Source of the DNA: Lepidodermella squamata
Taxonomy: Eukaryota; Animalia; Gastrotricha
Assembly (NCBI GenBank): GCA_047495785.1
Contig: JBLDXI010000028.1
Span: 806,001 to 870,000 of the forward strand
Direction of reading: 5' to 3'
DNA: 64,000 nucleotides
Shown: one piece after another, positions 46,500 through 60,100 of the stretch
Position numbering within the stretch: the stretch's first letter is position 1
Layout: each line of letters opens with the position of its first letter
Made by a program: the position numbers and the translations under genes
Notes under the pieces: model-generated
Told to the model about the DNA's origin: nothing
Databases searched by the model: none
Seen by the model: the letters and a program-made list of their open reading frames with translations, nothing else

Positions 46500-49325
46500 T
46501 CAATCGACTAATCTGGCGAGTTTGTAAGGCAAAAGTGGGTGCAAATTGCGGAAAAATCGTCGCATTTCATCGAGGATAAGTCGATTCGAGCATCTAATGC
46601 TGACGTACATGACATGTTCAGCAACATAGTCGTCGATAGCCGAAACCAACGCCTGTAAATAAAATGAAGACACTCATTTAACAATTCAATTTTCAGCTTC
46701 AATTTTGATAGACACTTGAATTTTTAAACTATAAATTAATTGTTAGTCGTTTTTTTCCGAAAAATCCTTGTTCAACTGTGTTTCAAAGCTGTGAATTTCT
46801 TTAAATTTTTTTTTCATTTTTTACCTTCACTTTTTGTAGGTCGAGTGTGAATTCTAAACAGCAAATCTCAATCCGTAAAATTCGACCAAATCCACGAAGG
46901 CAGAAGGCCAAATGCCGCAAAACGACATCGTATCCGGCAAAATCGTCCGGAATCCATTCATCACTGTTCTCTATGCACGGAAATCTAGACATTTCAGAGC
47001 GACTACCGAAAGTCACGTTCAAAATTGGCAGCACTCGAATTTTCGGGCAGATCACTCGCAATCGACGCGGGTAAATGCCAGCGACAAATTTAAGCAGCGT
47101 GAAGCCATTCGAGCCCTCTCGAATTCGCAGTTCTTCAATGTTCGGAATTGTAACCAGAATTTCTGCAAACTCGTGCTCATCTAACGAGTGCCGGTGAACG
47201 TTCAAGTCGAGCTTTTTCAAGCTATGGCTAGATCTTGCCAGCATTTCTCGCATTTCGGCGTGATAGCCTCTACATCCAATGCTCGGCCTGAGGGTTAGTT
47301 CCTCCAAATTACTTGGTATTGATTTGAAAAATTGACATAGATCGTCAACAGAATCAGTTGTTCCCATGTCAAAATTTCGAAGATACAAATTTCGAATGTT
47401 CTCGAACGCCGCCAAGCAGCTGGCAAAGCTGGCCAGATTAAAATCACAACCTGAGAAAAAACAAGAAAAAAAACAAAAAATTATTATTTGCCTTAAATTG
47501 CATGGAAAAAATTAAAAGATCAATGGTTCTTTATTCCTTAATTTTCGATTTTTTTCAGCAGGTGAGACTCGACTTTTCAGACAACTTTCCATGCCAAATG
47601 AGATTTCATTTTTCGCAAAATTGGGCCCTTGATTTTATATTTACGATCTTCGAAAAATCAAAATCAAACTTAAATCAAAGAGCGCACGCAGGTTACAATT
47701 TTTTGAATGCACTTAAATCCTGAAAGAAAACGCTTTACATTTTTCGAGCGAGAACCCGCCTATATTCATTCGATTCGAAATTGGATGAATTTTATTTTGA
47801 TAAAAAAAACCGCCGGGAAATTCGAAAGTTGGCCTTTGTAAATTGCCGCGCGCGGTACTTCAAATGCAACCTGTAACTTGTGCGCGCGCAATTTTGCAAG
47901 CGGCGGACCAATCATGGTGGTCCTGAAAATGTGCAGGTTTACTTACCAACCAACTCGAGCGTTTCGAGATAAGGCTGATAATTCGACAGAACTTTCAACT
48001 CTTGCAACGAATAGCAATCACTCGAGAACGTCGTCAGAATCCCCGGCGTTAGTTCGGCCAGCATATTCAATCTCGCGCGCTCGATAGCGGCTTCCTTGCT
48101 GACGGAAGGCATCCAGCGGAATCGCAAGTGCCTGACGACATCGAAACATCGGCGCAATACGAAGCCGAATAGTTCGGGTGTCATTCGGGTAGCAACGGGC
48201 GAAAAATCAACGACTTGCCAGAATATTTTCAGCTTGAATAGATCGCGCAGTTCGCGACATGTACCCGATAAGGCCACAATTTCCTGTAAGTATCAGACCA
48301 ACATTTATCGATAGGGCCTCGAAAAATAATTCAAAAAATCCTGAAAAATCGATTTTTGAAGTGGAATGAAAAAATAAAACAAGCTTGAAAAAATTTGAAA
48401 AAAATAATCGAATTATTTTACATTAAATTTTGCAAAATTCGGATCTTAACTTTTCGCAGCCTTGAATTTTTCTTTTATCAAAACTTAAAAAAATTGAAAA
48501 ATTTTAGTTCAATAGAATGAAAGGTTCTCACAAACCGGGAGTTTCAGATAGGAGCCAAGTTGGAACGAGAAATCAAGAGGTAGCCTAGGAAGACAACTAA
48601 TCACTGGGCAGTAATCAACTTCTTGCTTCATCAAAGCGCAATATTCGAATCGATAATGAGGAATTGGGACAAAGAAAGAAGCCCAGCTTGATTCAACGGT
48701 GAAATACAGGCAATCGATGCCGAGTTTGAGGTTCACGCTATGTTGAGTGGAATCAACATTTACTGGCAGATCCAGGTGCCAAGATGGGTTCCAGCCGAGG
48801 CCGTGATGGCAACCGACAACGATTCGGGTCAACTTGAAATCGAAATTAAGGTTGCTGACGACCTCAATTTGCGCAATTCGAATTATGTTGTCCAGCTGAA
48901 AAAATTGACGTGTTTTTACATTCAGTCCCAACATTTTCTAATACTCAATTTCTATTATTTGACTAAATCCACGTCTTCTTCTTGAATGATTAAACATGAA
49001 GCTTTCTTACTCTTAAAATGTCCCAAAAATGAAAAATCAGCGTCAAACCACGAACCTGAACGAGACAAAAGCCTTTGGCCACAGGTGATTTCTCGAAAAT
49101 TCGATCAATCGAGTTAGTACACTTTCGAATCGGTTTAGCGACATCGCTCCTACCCGGTGGGCTCGCAACGCTTGACCGCTTGAAATCATCGCTGATTTCG
49201 CAAATGATTGAAACGCTAACCGAGCCGCAGTTATTGTTGACACGGTCACTGGCTGATATTGATATCTGCGGGTCTTCGCGAGCTAAGCTCGGCTCTATTT
49301 TCAGCGCCAATTTACAAAAATTCAT
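46500..49325 (-). CDS. F-box/LRR protein A (~581 aa) with a ~200-aa N-terminal domain
   Basis: Exons 49325-49056, 48895-48536, 48283-47947, 47450-46825 and 46652-46500 are phase-consistent. F-box LPRLPLDFSFQLGSYLKLP|EIVALSGTCRELRDL....FWQVVDF, followed by LRR-like units (LETLEL, IRNLYL, LEELTL, LKKLDL, IEELRI). Confidence 0.75.
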
Positions 49326-49597
49326 TGATCATAGAACAGCCCGAAAATTGGTCGATGCATCAAGCCGAAATGGCTGATCATTTTATTAGAGTGACCTGAA
49401 TCATGAAAAATGTAATAAAATTTTGGTTGCGTGACCTTGCAGCTGCGCACATCTAGGTCATCCGCAACTAAATTAATAGCCGATCAGCCGCTCTGCAATA
49501 ACCTGCCACATAAAACCAATGGCGAGCAACAATAAAATGTAAAACGCAAAAAAATCTTTAAACATAACTTTAATGAATTCGAAAACTAATTATTTCT

Positions 49598-50027
49598 TTA
49601 TGCAACAAGAATAATTTGATTGAATAATGTTAGTAGCGATAAAATAGTCAGTGCCACCAGGCTATACATTGCTGAGGACGGAGATGAGTTGCATGCGTCA
49701 GTCATGCAGCAGTATGGCTGCACAGATGTGCCACCTATCATCACCGAATTCGGGCATCCCTTGGCGCAAGTCCGAAACGCAAACGTTCCATATTGGCTGC
49801 AACGAAAAAATCGCAAAAATTGGATCAAATAATATGAAACATAACATTATAACGTACTCCTCGATTGTTTCACCAGCCACCTGGGCTCCGATACAGAAAG
49901 TTTCCGTGGTCTTGCAAGAAACAACCTCGCCTCTGGACTGGCACAGATTGCAGTAGAGACATTTTAGCCCAGAAGCTGATTCAGCCAGCAAGACCACCAA
50001 AAAAAGGAACAGCGAAAAAAATTCCAT
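49598..50027 (-). CDS. Ly6/uPAR three-finger protein, likely GPI-anchored (~122 aa)
   Basis: Exons 50027-49858 and 49796-49598 (61-nt intron, phase 2). Signal peptide, GLKCLYC start, 10 Cys, terminal CCMTDACN motif, then a Ser-rich spacer and hydrophobic tail. Confidence 0.9.
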
Positions 50028-50424
50028 AACTAGTATTTTTGTATTATAAAGCCAATGATGGATGTACGCCCATGGCCGTAACCCATGACAGTCTGATGAT
50101 ACGTACATCTCTTGATGCGCAAACCATTCATACGGCAATAAATTGCAGCCCTATTATGTCCTATGGCAAATACTCTTAAAACCTGCCACGTGCCGTAATA
50201 GTTTGGAAGCATGGCATAGGTAAGCAAATAAGTTGTAAACGGCTTTATATTGACGGAGCAGTGAAACACTACCTCGCATTAATCCCGGATAATTAAACTC
50301 CAAGTTGTAAATTGATCGCAGCATTTTTGGCAATTTTTCACATCGCTAATTTATTCAGTTTCAAATTAAATATAACTTCATTGTTAATTTTTCCTTCCTC
50401 ATCATCTGACCAAGCCAAAACAGT

Positions 50425-52641
50425 TCAGCGGCGTTCGTAGTGGAACCTGACAGGCAGCTCACGGTACCGGGATGCAACCTTGCGCAGTTTGTGGCGGGGG
50501 TTTTCTAAAATTTGATCCCCACGAATGCACAAATCGGCCAAATAAGATGCCGCATGACGGTCAAGTGCGCCAATCAGAGACTGGAAAAATTGAAAAATTC
50601 AGCAAAAACATAAAAATAGTTTTTTCAAATTATCAATTTTTATACCGTTCTATTTTAATTCATATCAAAATTAAAAATTCATACTAAAAATTGCATTTGA
50701 AATATTTTGAAATTTTTTATTAACTTGGAGAAAATGAGAAATTACCTCTATTGGTTGCCAATTTTCCAGTTCCATATCGCAACGAATTTCGAAGCGCAAA
50801 ACTCGCCCGAAACCTTTCATGCAGCCGGCAAATTCCTTGACCATGTCATCGTAATCTATGTCGCCCAGGTCATCTTCCTCGTCCAGATCATCATCGCCGT
50901 CTTCCTCAGTCCATTCCGCAACCAGGAGCGGGAAAACTCGCAAATTCGGGCATAAATCACGCAATTTATCCGGGTAAATCGCCTCGAAAAAATTGCGAAA
51001 TTTAACGCCGGGGTAGAAAAACCCGCGGATATTCAGCTCTTCTAAACAAGGTAGAGTTCTCAGAATGTCTCCGAGGAATTCGTGGTCGAACAGTGATGAT
51101 TCACCCAACCCAGACCACGGCATTTCAATATCGCCCAGTTTCAACATTTTCAAGCTTTTCCCTGATTTTCGTAGTAAATCCATTAAAATCGGACGATACA
51201 ACGCAGGATCGTCACACTCATCGACTGAAGGCGTTAACGTGAAAGATTCAAGCGCTGGTAGGGCCTTGAAAAACTGGCTAATACCATCCAAATCTTCGGC
51301 GGCCATCATAAGGAATGAAATTTCGATCAAATGAACGTGGCGAAGTTTTGTTAAAGCAGTTAAGAATTTGCAATCGTCGCCTGAAATTCGATTCCTTCTG
51401 CAATTCAGCTCAAGAGTCGTCAGATTTTGCTGAGTTTCGCCTAGGATTTGCAGCACATTTTCAGTTAGACAGTCGCTGCTGAATGTCTCCAGGTTTCCAG
51501 GCTTCAATTTCCTTAGAAAATTCGGGAAATCGACTTTGCTCGCTGCCATTGGAATCCAGCGGAATCGAAGGTGTTTCACGCTTGAGGAGCACCTTTCGAG
51601 TACGAAATCAATCAATTGCGGCGTCATTTTAGAGGCAACTGAGGTGAAATCAACTTTGATCCAAAGGGACGGATCTTTTAGGATTTTCCTAACTTCCGAA
51701 TTCGTTCCAGATAATGCGACCAGATCCTGCGAAATGGCGATAAATCGACAAAAGATGGAAATTTCGGGTAAAATAAATCATTATTGAATAGGCATCTTAA
51801 AATTCAATTCCAGCTAGCTTCGGAAGTGACAAAAGTTTGTAAAAAAAAATAAAAAAAAATAAATATCAAATTTGATGTAGGAATTCGAAAATTTGGATTT
51901 AATAATAATATTGGAAAAAAGAGAAAAAAAGAAATCTTTTACCGATAAGTCCAAGTATTGAGCGATATCCAACCAAGATTTGGCATCCAGCTTCGGCATT
52001 TTATCAGAATCGGGAAATTTTGATTTTCCAGTATCAATAAGAGGCGGTAACCGGAAAAATCCTCTCGCAAACTGTGGATCTCGATCAACAACGTAAAACG
52101 AAGATTTGTAAGATTCGAAGGTGAATCGAAGCACATTGATTGGCGGTGTTTTACCAGCTGGAATGGCGAAACTTTGCAGTTTTTCGCCTATTCTAGGAAT
52201 GTCCCGGTGCCATTTCGGCGTCCAACAGGAATCGTTGTAGTCGCCACCCGCGATTGAGACGAGTGTACAGCCATTTTTCAGATCATTCAACACATCGATT
52301 CGATAAATTTCGATCGATTTCTGAATCTATAATCAGCACAATTCAAAAAAAATTAAATCGAAATGTTGAATTTTTTAATAATATATAAGAAAATTTTACT
52401 TAACCGTTAGCTGTCCGAAGCCTCTTGCGACGTGGGTGCCATTGTTGAAAATTAGGTCAACCGTGAAATGCAAGTCTTTGTTGAGTTTGCCAACAAAATG
52501 AGCCGCTTCATCGCGACCTTCCCGATTTTTCACCGGTTTGCAGTAGATGGTAGCGAGGACCGATCCGCAATCGACGAATTCCTTGCTGTCGCCGATAAAT
52601 CCGGACGGCTTTACAGTAAACAACAACTTCGTTAATTCCAT
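50425..52641 (-). CDS. F-box/LRR protein B (~583 aa), tandem paralog of A
   Basis: Exons 52641-52405, 52320-51943, 51726-50746 and 50580-50425, all phase 0. F-box MPKLDAKSWLDIAQYLDLS|DLVALSGTNSEVRKIL....LWIKVDF. Shares MTP.L..FVL.RC...V.HLRFRW.P with A, plus LRRs. Confidence 0.78.
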
Positions 52642-53341
52642 CTAAATTGCATGAATTTAGACTTGAAATAGAATGGTACCTATTAGCCTGCTGGGGCGTT
52701 GTAATACACTCATATAAGTCATGTTGTTTTGCACCGCTTATATTTGAGACAAAGGTTATTATAGTACTATCGATTAAAGAAATAAATGATATAATAGCAA
52801 ATAGCAGTGCTAATACCTCATTACCCAACCAATTTGCTTATCGATCATTCATAAACATGTGCGTAAAAAAATGAGAAAAAATTATAACTGAAACCCAAAA
52901 CATTTCTCGACTCGTGCGCGCACGTGATTTTTTTCAAACGAAGCATCCTAATCCAATCGTTTTCAAATTCAATTAATTTCATAATACGCTAAAATGCTTT
53001 TTGAATTTGGGTAACATATACGCCCAAACTGTTAAAGAAGCAAGACTAATACTAATAGCTAGAGAATGATTGAGAATGATCAAAGTGATCGATAGGAGGT
53101 TCGATATTCTGATAAGAGAAAGTAAAACAAAGGATACTCGGGACTGTGAGTGAAAATTCTGAGGATGAGAAGCTGATGTTGCGCCCAAAAACGCGTACAA
53201 ATTTCTCTGGCCACTAGCCACATATGACTCATCGCGCGCGATTCAAAACCCGTAAAACCTCGAAGCTTTTCCAGCAGTTTCCGGCGGCGAAAGCGTCAAA
53301 TTGAAGGCAATCTCTTGCATTTTAATTCATAACGATTACGT

Positions 53342-53479
53342 ATTACTCTATGGCTTTCCATGGAGAAATCCAATATCACCACTTTCTGGAACCCCTCGAT
53401 TCGCTTGGCTGCGCCAGGCTCAGTCGGGGTATCAGAGCGAGGGGAATTTATAATTCTCCATGGTTAGCCATAGAGTAAT
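53342..53479. repeat. Short palindromic/hairpin element
   Basis: ATTACTCTATGGCTTTCCATGGAGAA ... TTCTCCATGGTTAGCCATAGAGTAAT, with a nested CCCCTCG...CGAGGGG stem. Confidence 0.7.
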
Positions 53480-54195
53480 CCCTTATTTCTTTTCCTAGTG
53501 AGTTTGAAATTTTAAAAATTTGGTTAATATACATGGAGAAAATAAATAAAATGTGGCAAATAACCGCTATCGATTTTGTTTCAATTTTCCAAGTCACCTA
53601 CAATTTCTCGATGATGTTTTCGGAGTCCTCGTGCATTTTCGCATTATTTTGCGTATATTATTTTTGTAGCTCCATTCCGATCAAATGGAGCAGAGATTCA
53701 TCGGCTCGAAAAACAGGTTTGCGATCTGAACCGAACCTGTTTTCAACATTCTGTTCGATTTTGAGATGCATCTAGAAAACCTTACCCTATGCCAATGCAA
53801 CGCCGCACGCTGATCTTTACCCCGTTTTTTCTATGATTTATGGATTGAGCAAATAATGTCAACGGCTCTTGGCTATAAATTAGTCAAGCCAGCCAAGGTC
53901 ACACCAAAGCCAACATTTTTCACTCGCTATTGTTTCCAAGGTGAGATGTTGCTGCTTTACGCGAGGTTTGCGACGATTAAATTAAAGATTCATTGCTTTT
54001 TAAGCGCATACACGTCTCTTCCATATATAAATGGCGATAAAAGAGTTAATTAGGCCAAGGGGTGAAATCATTCAGGTGCGAAGCGTTTCGTTGACGATGA
54101 GCCTCAAAAAAAGTCACACCAACCTCCCGAGTGACTTCACGCATTTCAGGGCAGAAATCGGACGAAAAACTCGAACATTTCATACGAGAAAAAAC

Positions 54196-57100
54196 ATGGA
54201 GCTTCGAATATTGCTTTTTGCAGGTTTGTTAACCGAAGGAAATGATGAAGAGAATGTTCATTTTTCTGATGATTTCAGCCTTAATTAGGGCGGCAAATGG
54301 CCAAGGCTCGGTTTACACAATGTGTTCACACACGGCGGTTAACGCTTTTACTGACATGTGGGGTTACATTCAAAGCGATGGCTACAGCGGGGCTTACGGA
54401 GTAAGCCGGGGCTGTACGTTCACAATCAATGTTCGCAACCCAGGCTACGAGTACATATCACTGGCAGTTGCTGACTGGGTCCACGACGGATCCACAGGGG
54501 ATCGTATGCAGATTTGGGCCAACTCGGGTAACGGCTTTTACTGGGTAAGTTATCTCCTTCAACATTCGAGGATGAATCATTTCAAATCCCACAGCAAAAC
54601 GATGTTTACATGCATACAGGCAGCACCTGGTTGACAACATACCGAGCTGTTGGCCACCTCAGGATTCAATGGAACTCTGACAGTAGCCGACCCCTTGGCA
54701 ATGCTTGCCGGTGGCGTTTGTACTGGACCTGGCAGAAGGCTGTTTTCGGCTGCGAACTCAGCCCTCAGCCATACATATTCCCGAATACAACTCGTAGTGG
54801 CATCATCAAATCGCCGTTTTTCCCCGATCTCTACCCACCAAGCGCTACCTGCATCACCTACATCGACGTTGATCCTCTGACAGATTCCGTTGAATTCTTC
54901 CCGACTTTGTTCGACCTGAACAGCGGCGATAACGTCAAGTTCTTCGTCGGCGATTTGCAGTATGACAATTGGATCCTATACAACTCATATACTTCACTTC
55001 CAAGCCCATTTCGCATTTACGGATCCGATGTTAAGGTCATTTTCAGTTCGAACAGCTTTGCTGCTAGTTGGGGCTATCAATTTTACTGGCGAGTTATATC
55101 TAAGGAACGCTATTCGTTTGCGAGACTGGATTCGCTTGTCGCTCTCTGGCCTTTTACCATGTACCATCGGGATGTTGATATCGTGAGCAATTGCCGAGCC
55201 AATGCTTATCCAGCTGTTGGGACTATCAGTCCGGTAGATGGTCCTTCTGGTAGATTCGGCTCGGCGCTGTATTTCCAATCGGCCTATCTCGCCATGACAT
55301 CCCCGACCTGTCAGGCTTCGACAAATTTTCCAGCTAGCTTCACCATATCTTTGTATGCACAATCCTCGATGCAAACGGCATTGATCGATTGGATAGCGGC
55401 AGCTCCTTGGGGACAGCAATTTTGGTTCTACCCCGCCGGAACTGTCCATTTCAACAATGGCTTCCTTGACACGATGACAGTAAACAGCCAATCCCCGTCG
55501 AATAGTAAATTTCAGTTTGTAACCGCAACTTTTGAGCAGCAAACCAATACATCTGGTCTTTACTTCGACGCCGTAAAAAAATCCACGAAGTCTGGGGTGA
55601 AAACTTCTGGTTCAAAAACTGGACAAGGTGTTTACATCGGTTACCGTGATAGCTCTCTTACTTTAGGCGGCGTTCCAACCATTTCTAGACTATCTTGCCT
55701 GACCATGTACAACGCAACTTTGAGCGCTGGGGAAATCGCTCAAGTACGCATTGCATGCGAGCGCTTACATTCACAGTACGAAATCTATCCAGCCAGTAGC
55801 CTGGTTGCATGGTTTCCGATGGACGGCTATGCATCAAACGGCCGCCTGGAGGATACCAGCGGCAACGCAAGACACGGCACAGTCCAGTCAACAGCCGATA
55901 TCACTCTAACTTCAGGTCCTAGTGGAGCGGCCAACACCGCGCTGAGCTTCAATGGGGCCACAAACGCCTGGATCAACTTCCAGGGTTACGATCTCAGATT
56001 CATGAAGTCGTTTACTGTAGCGTATTACGTAAAATCAAGTACGGCGTCTATTATGCCGTTGATGGAGTTCTACGATAATAACCTTGGCCGAGGGTTGATC
56101 ACATACCGATGGGATTCTTCAAGCTGTTTCCATGTCAATGGTTACGGAACGTACTACAGCGATTTCATGATGACAACTTGTGGCCACTCCTACACTTCAT
56201 GGATGCATGTAGCGTTCACATACGACTTCACCACGGGAATACTGACAACTTACAAGAATGGAGTATCAATCAATAGCATAGGCTATGGTCTTCGCTACAT
56301 TGGAGCGACTGCAAATGGTTTTGTTATTGGGCGGGAGATCGGAAACACCCTCAGATTTGTCGGCCAAATGTCATGTGCAGCAATCTACTCCTCAGCACTG
56401 ACTCCCTTTCAATTGACACAGGTCATGACGGCGTGTACATCCGGAGAGCGCAAACCACCCCGATTCCTCGAACTGCTCGGCTTTTGGCCTCTTACCTACC
56501 TGACAGGAACTCGTGACATAGGTCCTAACGGTTTTCATGGGGTTGCAAAATCAGCAAACGTCACACTGTCTCCAGGGCCTTTCGATGTTCCCGCAACAGC
56601 CTACACTATTGGCGCCGATGCTTCGAGTTACATCAATTTTCCAGGGGTGAATTTGAACCTGCAGTGGAGGAGCTGGACTATCTCTTGCTACGTGAAAACG
56701 CTGAATGCAAACGGCGGCCCTCTCTTTGAGTACCTGTTAGGGTCGAATGTGCCTGGTTCTAGTTACGGCATGAATTGGTGGCTATACAGTACAACAATGC
56801 GATTCGACTTTCAAGCAACCGCGCCAACGGTTTCAGGCTTCAGAGCGGGGACCTGGCAGTTTATTAGTGCGATGTATGATTCACCGACAAGTCAAGTTTC
56901 ACTGTGGATCAATGGGGCAAGAATCAGCGCCTGGACGGCTAATCCAGCCGCAAAGTCTGACTACGGGTTCAATTTAGGAATGCGTCAGTTTGACCAGTCA
57001 TTTTTGAATGCTCAAGTCTTTTGCTTGAGCATCTATCATGTCGCCCTTAAATATGACGAAGTTGGTCGAGTTATGTCGATGTGCCAATCCTTCGCAGCCG

Positions 57101-60100
57101 ATAGCCTACTGCAGAATGAGACCCTTCGAACGCCGGAGGTCAATTGCAATTTCGACGTTGATTTTTGCGGGTGGACTCAGGATACAAACGACGATGCAAA
57201 CTGGATTTTAGGCCATGATGCAACTCCAACTGGCGCACAGGGAATTTTCTCAACTGGACCTCGTTTCGGAATTTCGTCAAGTCGAGCTGACGGTAAAATT
57301 TATTGAGATTATTATTCCAAGTCTCATTAACTGATTTACAGCTCTTGACCAATACGCGTTAATGAGTGCTGTTGATGCAGGGGTACTGGCAGGTAACGTT
57401 GCCAGGATTATCTCACCCATGATTCCAGCTGGCTGGCGATGCGTTGAGTTTTGGTATTATATGTCCGGAACTACTGTTGTTTCTCTCAAGGTCAGCCTTG
57501 TTGCTGCAAGTCAATCATTTTGGACTCGGACCGGATCGCAACTCAAGCAGTGGAACTTCGCAACGAAATCAGTCTACTTCGCTACCCCTGATCAGATTGT
57601 TTTCGAGGCAGCGAGAGGTTCCAACATATTTTCTGATATTGCGATCGACAACGTCCGAGTGACTGAAGGCAGATGTATCGCCGCAAGTAATGTTTAAAAA
57701 ATGACTATTAGCATTGAATGTATGGTATTATCCGGATTGTATCGTAAAATATGCCTTCTTAATGGCCGAATTATAAACTCATAAAACCTTCTTCCAAGCA
57801 GGGATTTTTTGATATTTTCTAAACAGGCAGGGATTTTTTGATATTTTTATATCAAAAAATGCCCGCTTGTCCAGAAAATATCACCAAAAACCCCACTTGT
57901 CAAACACACAAGAGAAACCCAAAAAAGTTCAAGCAACACTCCAAAACTATTTTATTAAGAATCACGAAAAATGTGGCATAATTTTGGGAGAATTGGGAGA
58001 ATGCACACGCACAGGTATCGAATCGGGCAGCATTCACCCCAATCGAACAGCACTTGGCTACGAGCTCGGGAAAATCGGGCAGAACTCGTCCAGGAATTGG
58101 AGAAATTTGGGCAGAATTCGTCCAGAAATTGGCGAAATTTGGGCAGAATTCGTCCAGCATGTCGCGGAAATCAAGAAACAATCGGCCAGCATTCCGTGAA
58201 ATCCGCGAGAGCTCGGGCAGCATAGGATTCCAGAAATCGCAACACGGCATCGCTTGTGACAGTGGAAGAAAGCTAGAAGATACAGCGAATCGAGCGAAGT
58301 AGACGAATTCGAGCAAGTCTTGTTGGGCGTTTGCTGAAACCTTGACAAATTGCGGCTATTCGTTCAAGATTTCGTCGATATAGAAGCAGCTCTGCAAACC
58401 GAGTTGCCGAAGGCGCCGTGAAAGTCGCATTGATAGCCATCCGAAGCCAATCGAACAGAACCACCTTGGTGCGAGAGCCCGATTGCAAGATTTAGCACCA
58501 GCAATTTGTTTGGCGTGCCAGAAATGCGGAAAATTCGATGTGAAAAACGAACCAAAAACTCGCAAAATGAAGAATGCGAGAAAAAAATGAGCAAGAAACA
58601 AATTTCACGATTTTTTTAAGTTAGATCTTTTAATTTCAAATCAAATCAATAGAAATTCTGCGAGAGTGTACCATACAATACTAGTAACCCTGAAAATTTT
58701 ACGATTCGACCCGGATAACACACATATACGGAAGCCAATCAGGTTATATGGGTTTAAAATCGCCTTCAGGCTGATATTTCGTCCTTCGGCTGCGCCTCAG
58801 GCCGAAATATAAGCCTTCAGGCGATTATAAACCCATATACCCTTCTTGTCTTCCGTATATTATATAACATTTTTAACAGGTCCATGCCCTCCTGATTGGA
58901 TCGATTTCGGGCAAAAATGCTACTTTCCGTTTTTAAACATGAATTTTGCGTTGAGTGACTCAGCTGTGTTTTGTGTCACACGACAGCGAGCTAGGATTGC
59001 TAGACCGGAGACGCAATCTGAATTCGACTTTCTCAAGAACCTTATCGGCAGCAATACCATTGTTTTGGATGGTAACTTGGTATCTGGGGTCTGGAGAGAC
59101 AGCGATCAATATTCTATTCCATTCTTGCGTAAGCCTTTCTACTTCTTGATCTTCTTCATTTTGATCTTCTTTATTGCTTCTTAAGCATGGGCAAGTTCTC
59201 AGCCAGGTGCTGGAACCGTCCTGGGAATGACAAGCAGTGGCTTTGTCACCCTGTCCGGTGGTACCGCTCCTAGTCTATGCGAATTGGACAAGCTGGCTGC
59301 ACAGCATGTAACATTCAACTGCTCGTTCGATAACAAGCACTTATGCGGTTGGTATAATTGGAACGCTGACTCCACCGTTCCGAGCACCGGGGAAAGTATG
59401 GATTTAGACACCTGGAGTGGTATTAGTGGCCCTTGGCAGACTTACGACAATGCCAATGGCCCTGAATGGGATTGGAACCAAGGAGGTTGAATATGTCATG
59501 ATATTTGTAAATGATTCTATCATTTATGTTCGCATAGCAACTCGCGGTTTTTATCTGATGACGGCTGATATGCAAATTCCGACATGCAGCGGTAGTCCGT
59601 ACACTGATTTGCAATCTCCTTATGTTAAAGGTGGTAACCCAAAGTGCTTACGATTTCGAACCTACCAGTCTGCTATTTTCAACTCGATCGAAGTTCAAGT
59701 CGGCTGGCTCAGTTCAAGTGGTAGCCTGACGGTTCAGCCGACTTACGTAAACTCCATTCAGAGCAGCGACAGAATCTGGCGTACGTGGCAGGTTGAGGTG
59801 TTCCAATCCTTGTACTTCCGCTTCATCATCCGCATATGGAAAACCTGTACATCAAATGGCTTCGCAAATCAGGCAATTGATGACATCATGCTCTTCAACA
59901 GCACATGCTCGATCCCTCTGTTCATGGGCACAGGGGGTCCAACGACCAACAGCCAACGACCTGGCTACACAAGCTGGTCGGATGCTGTCGATTCCATCAA
60001 TGATGCCAACTTTGCTAGTTGCGATACTTCGAATCCTTGGCGAGCCCAGGGCTGGCAGGTTGATGGAACTTGGACCTGTCCGGCTTGGAATCTACCAACC

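Noticed and set aside
57867-58601. Multiple overlapping ORFs and a 32-bp repeat (possible CRISPR-like array or nested gene)
   Set aside because: The repeats are contiguous with no spacers, in a eukaryotic intron. The ORFs reflect repetitive, stop-poor sequence.
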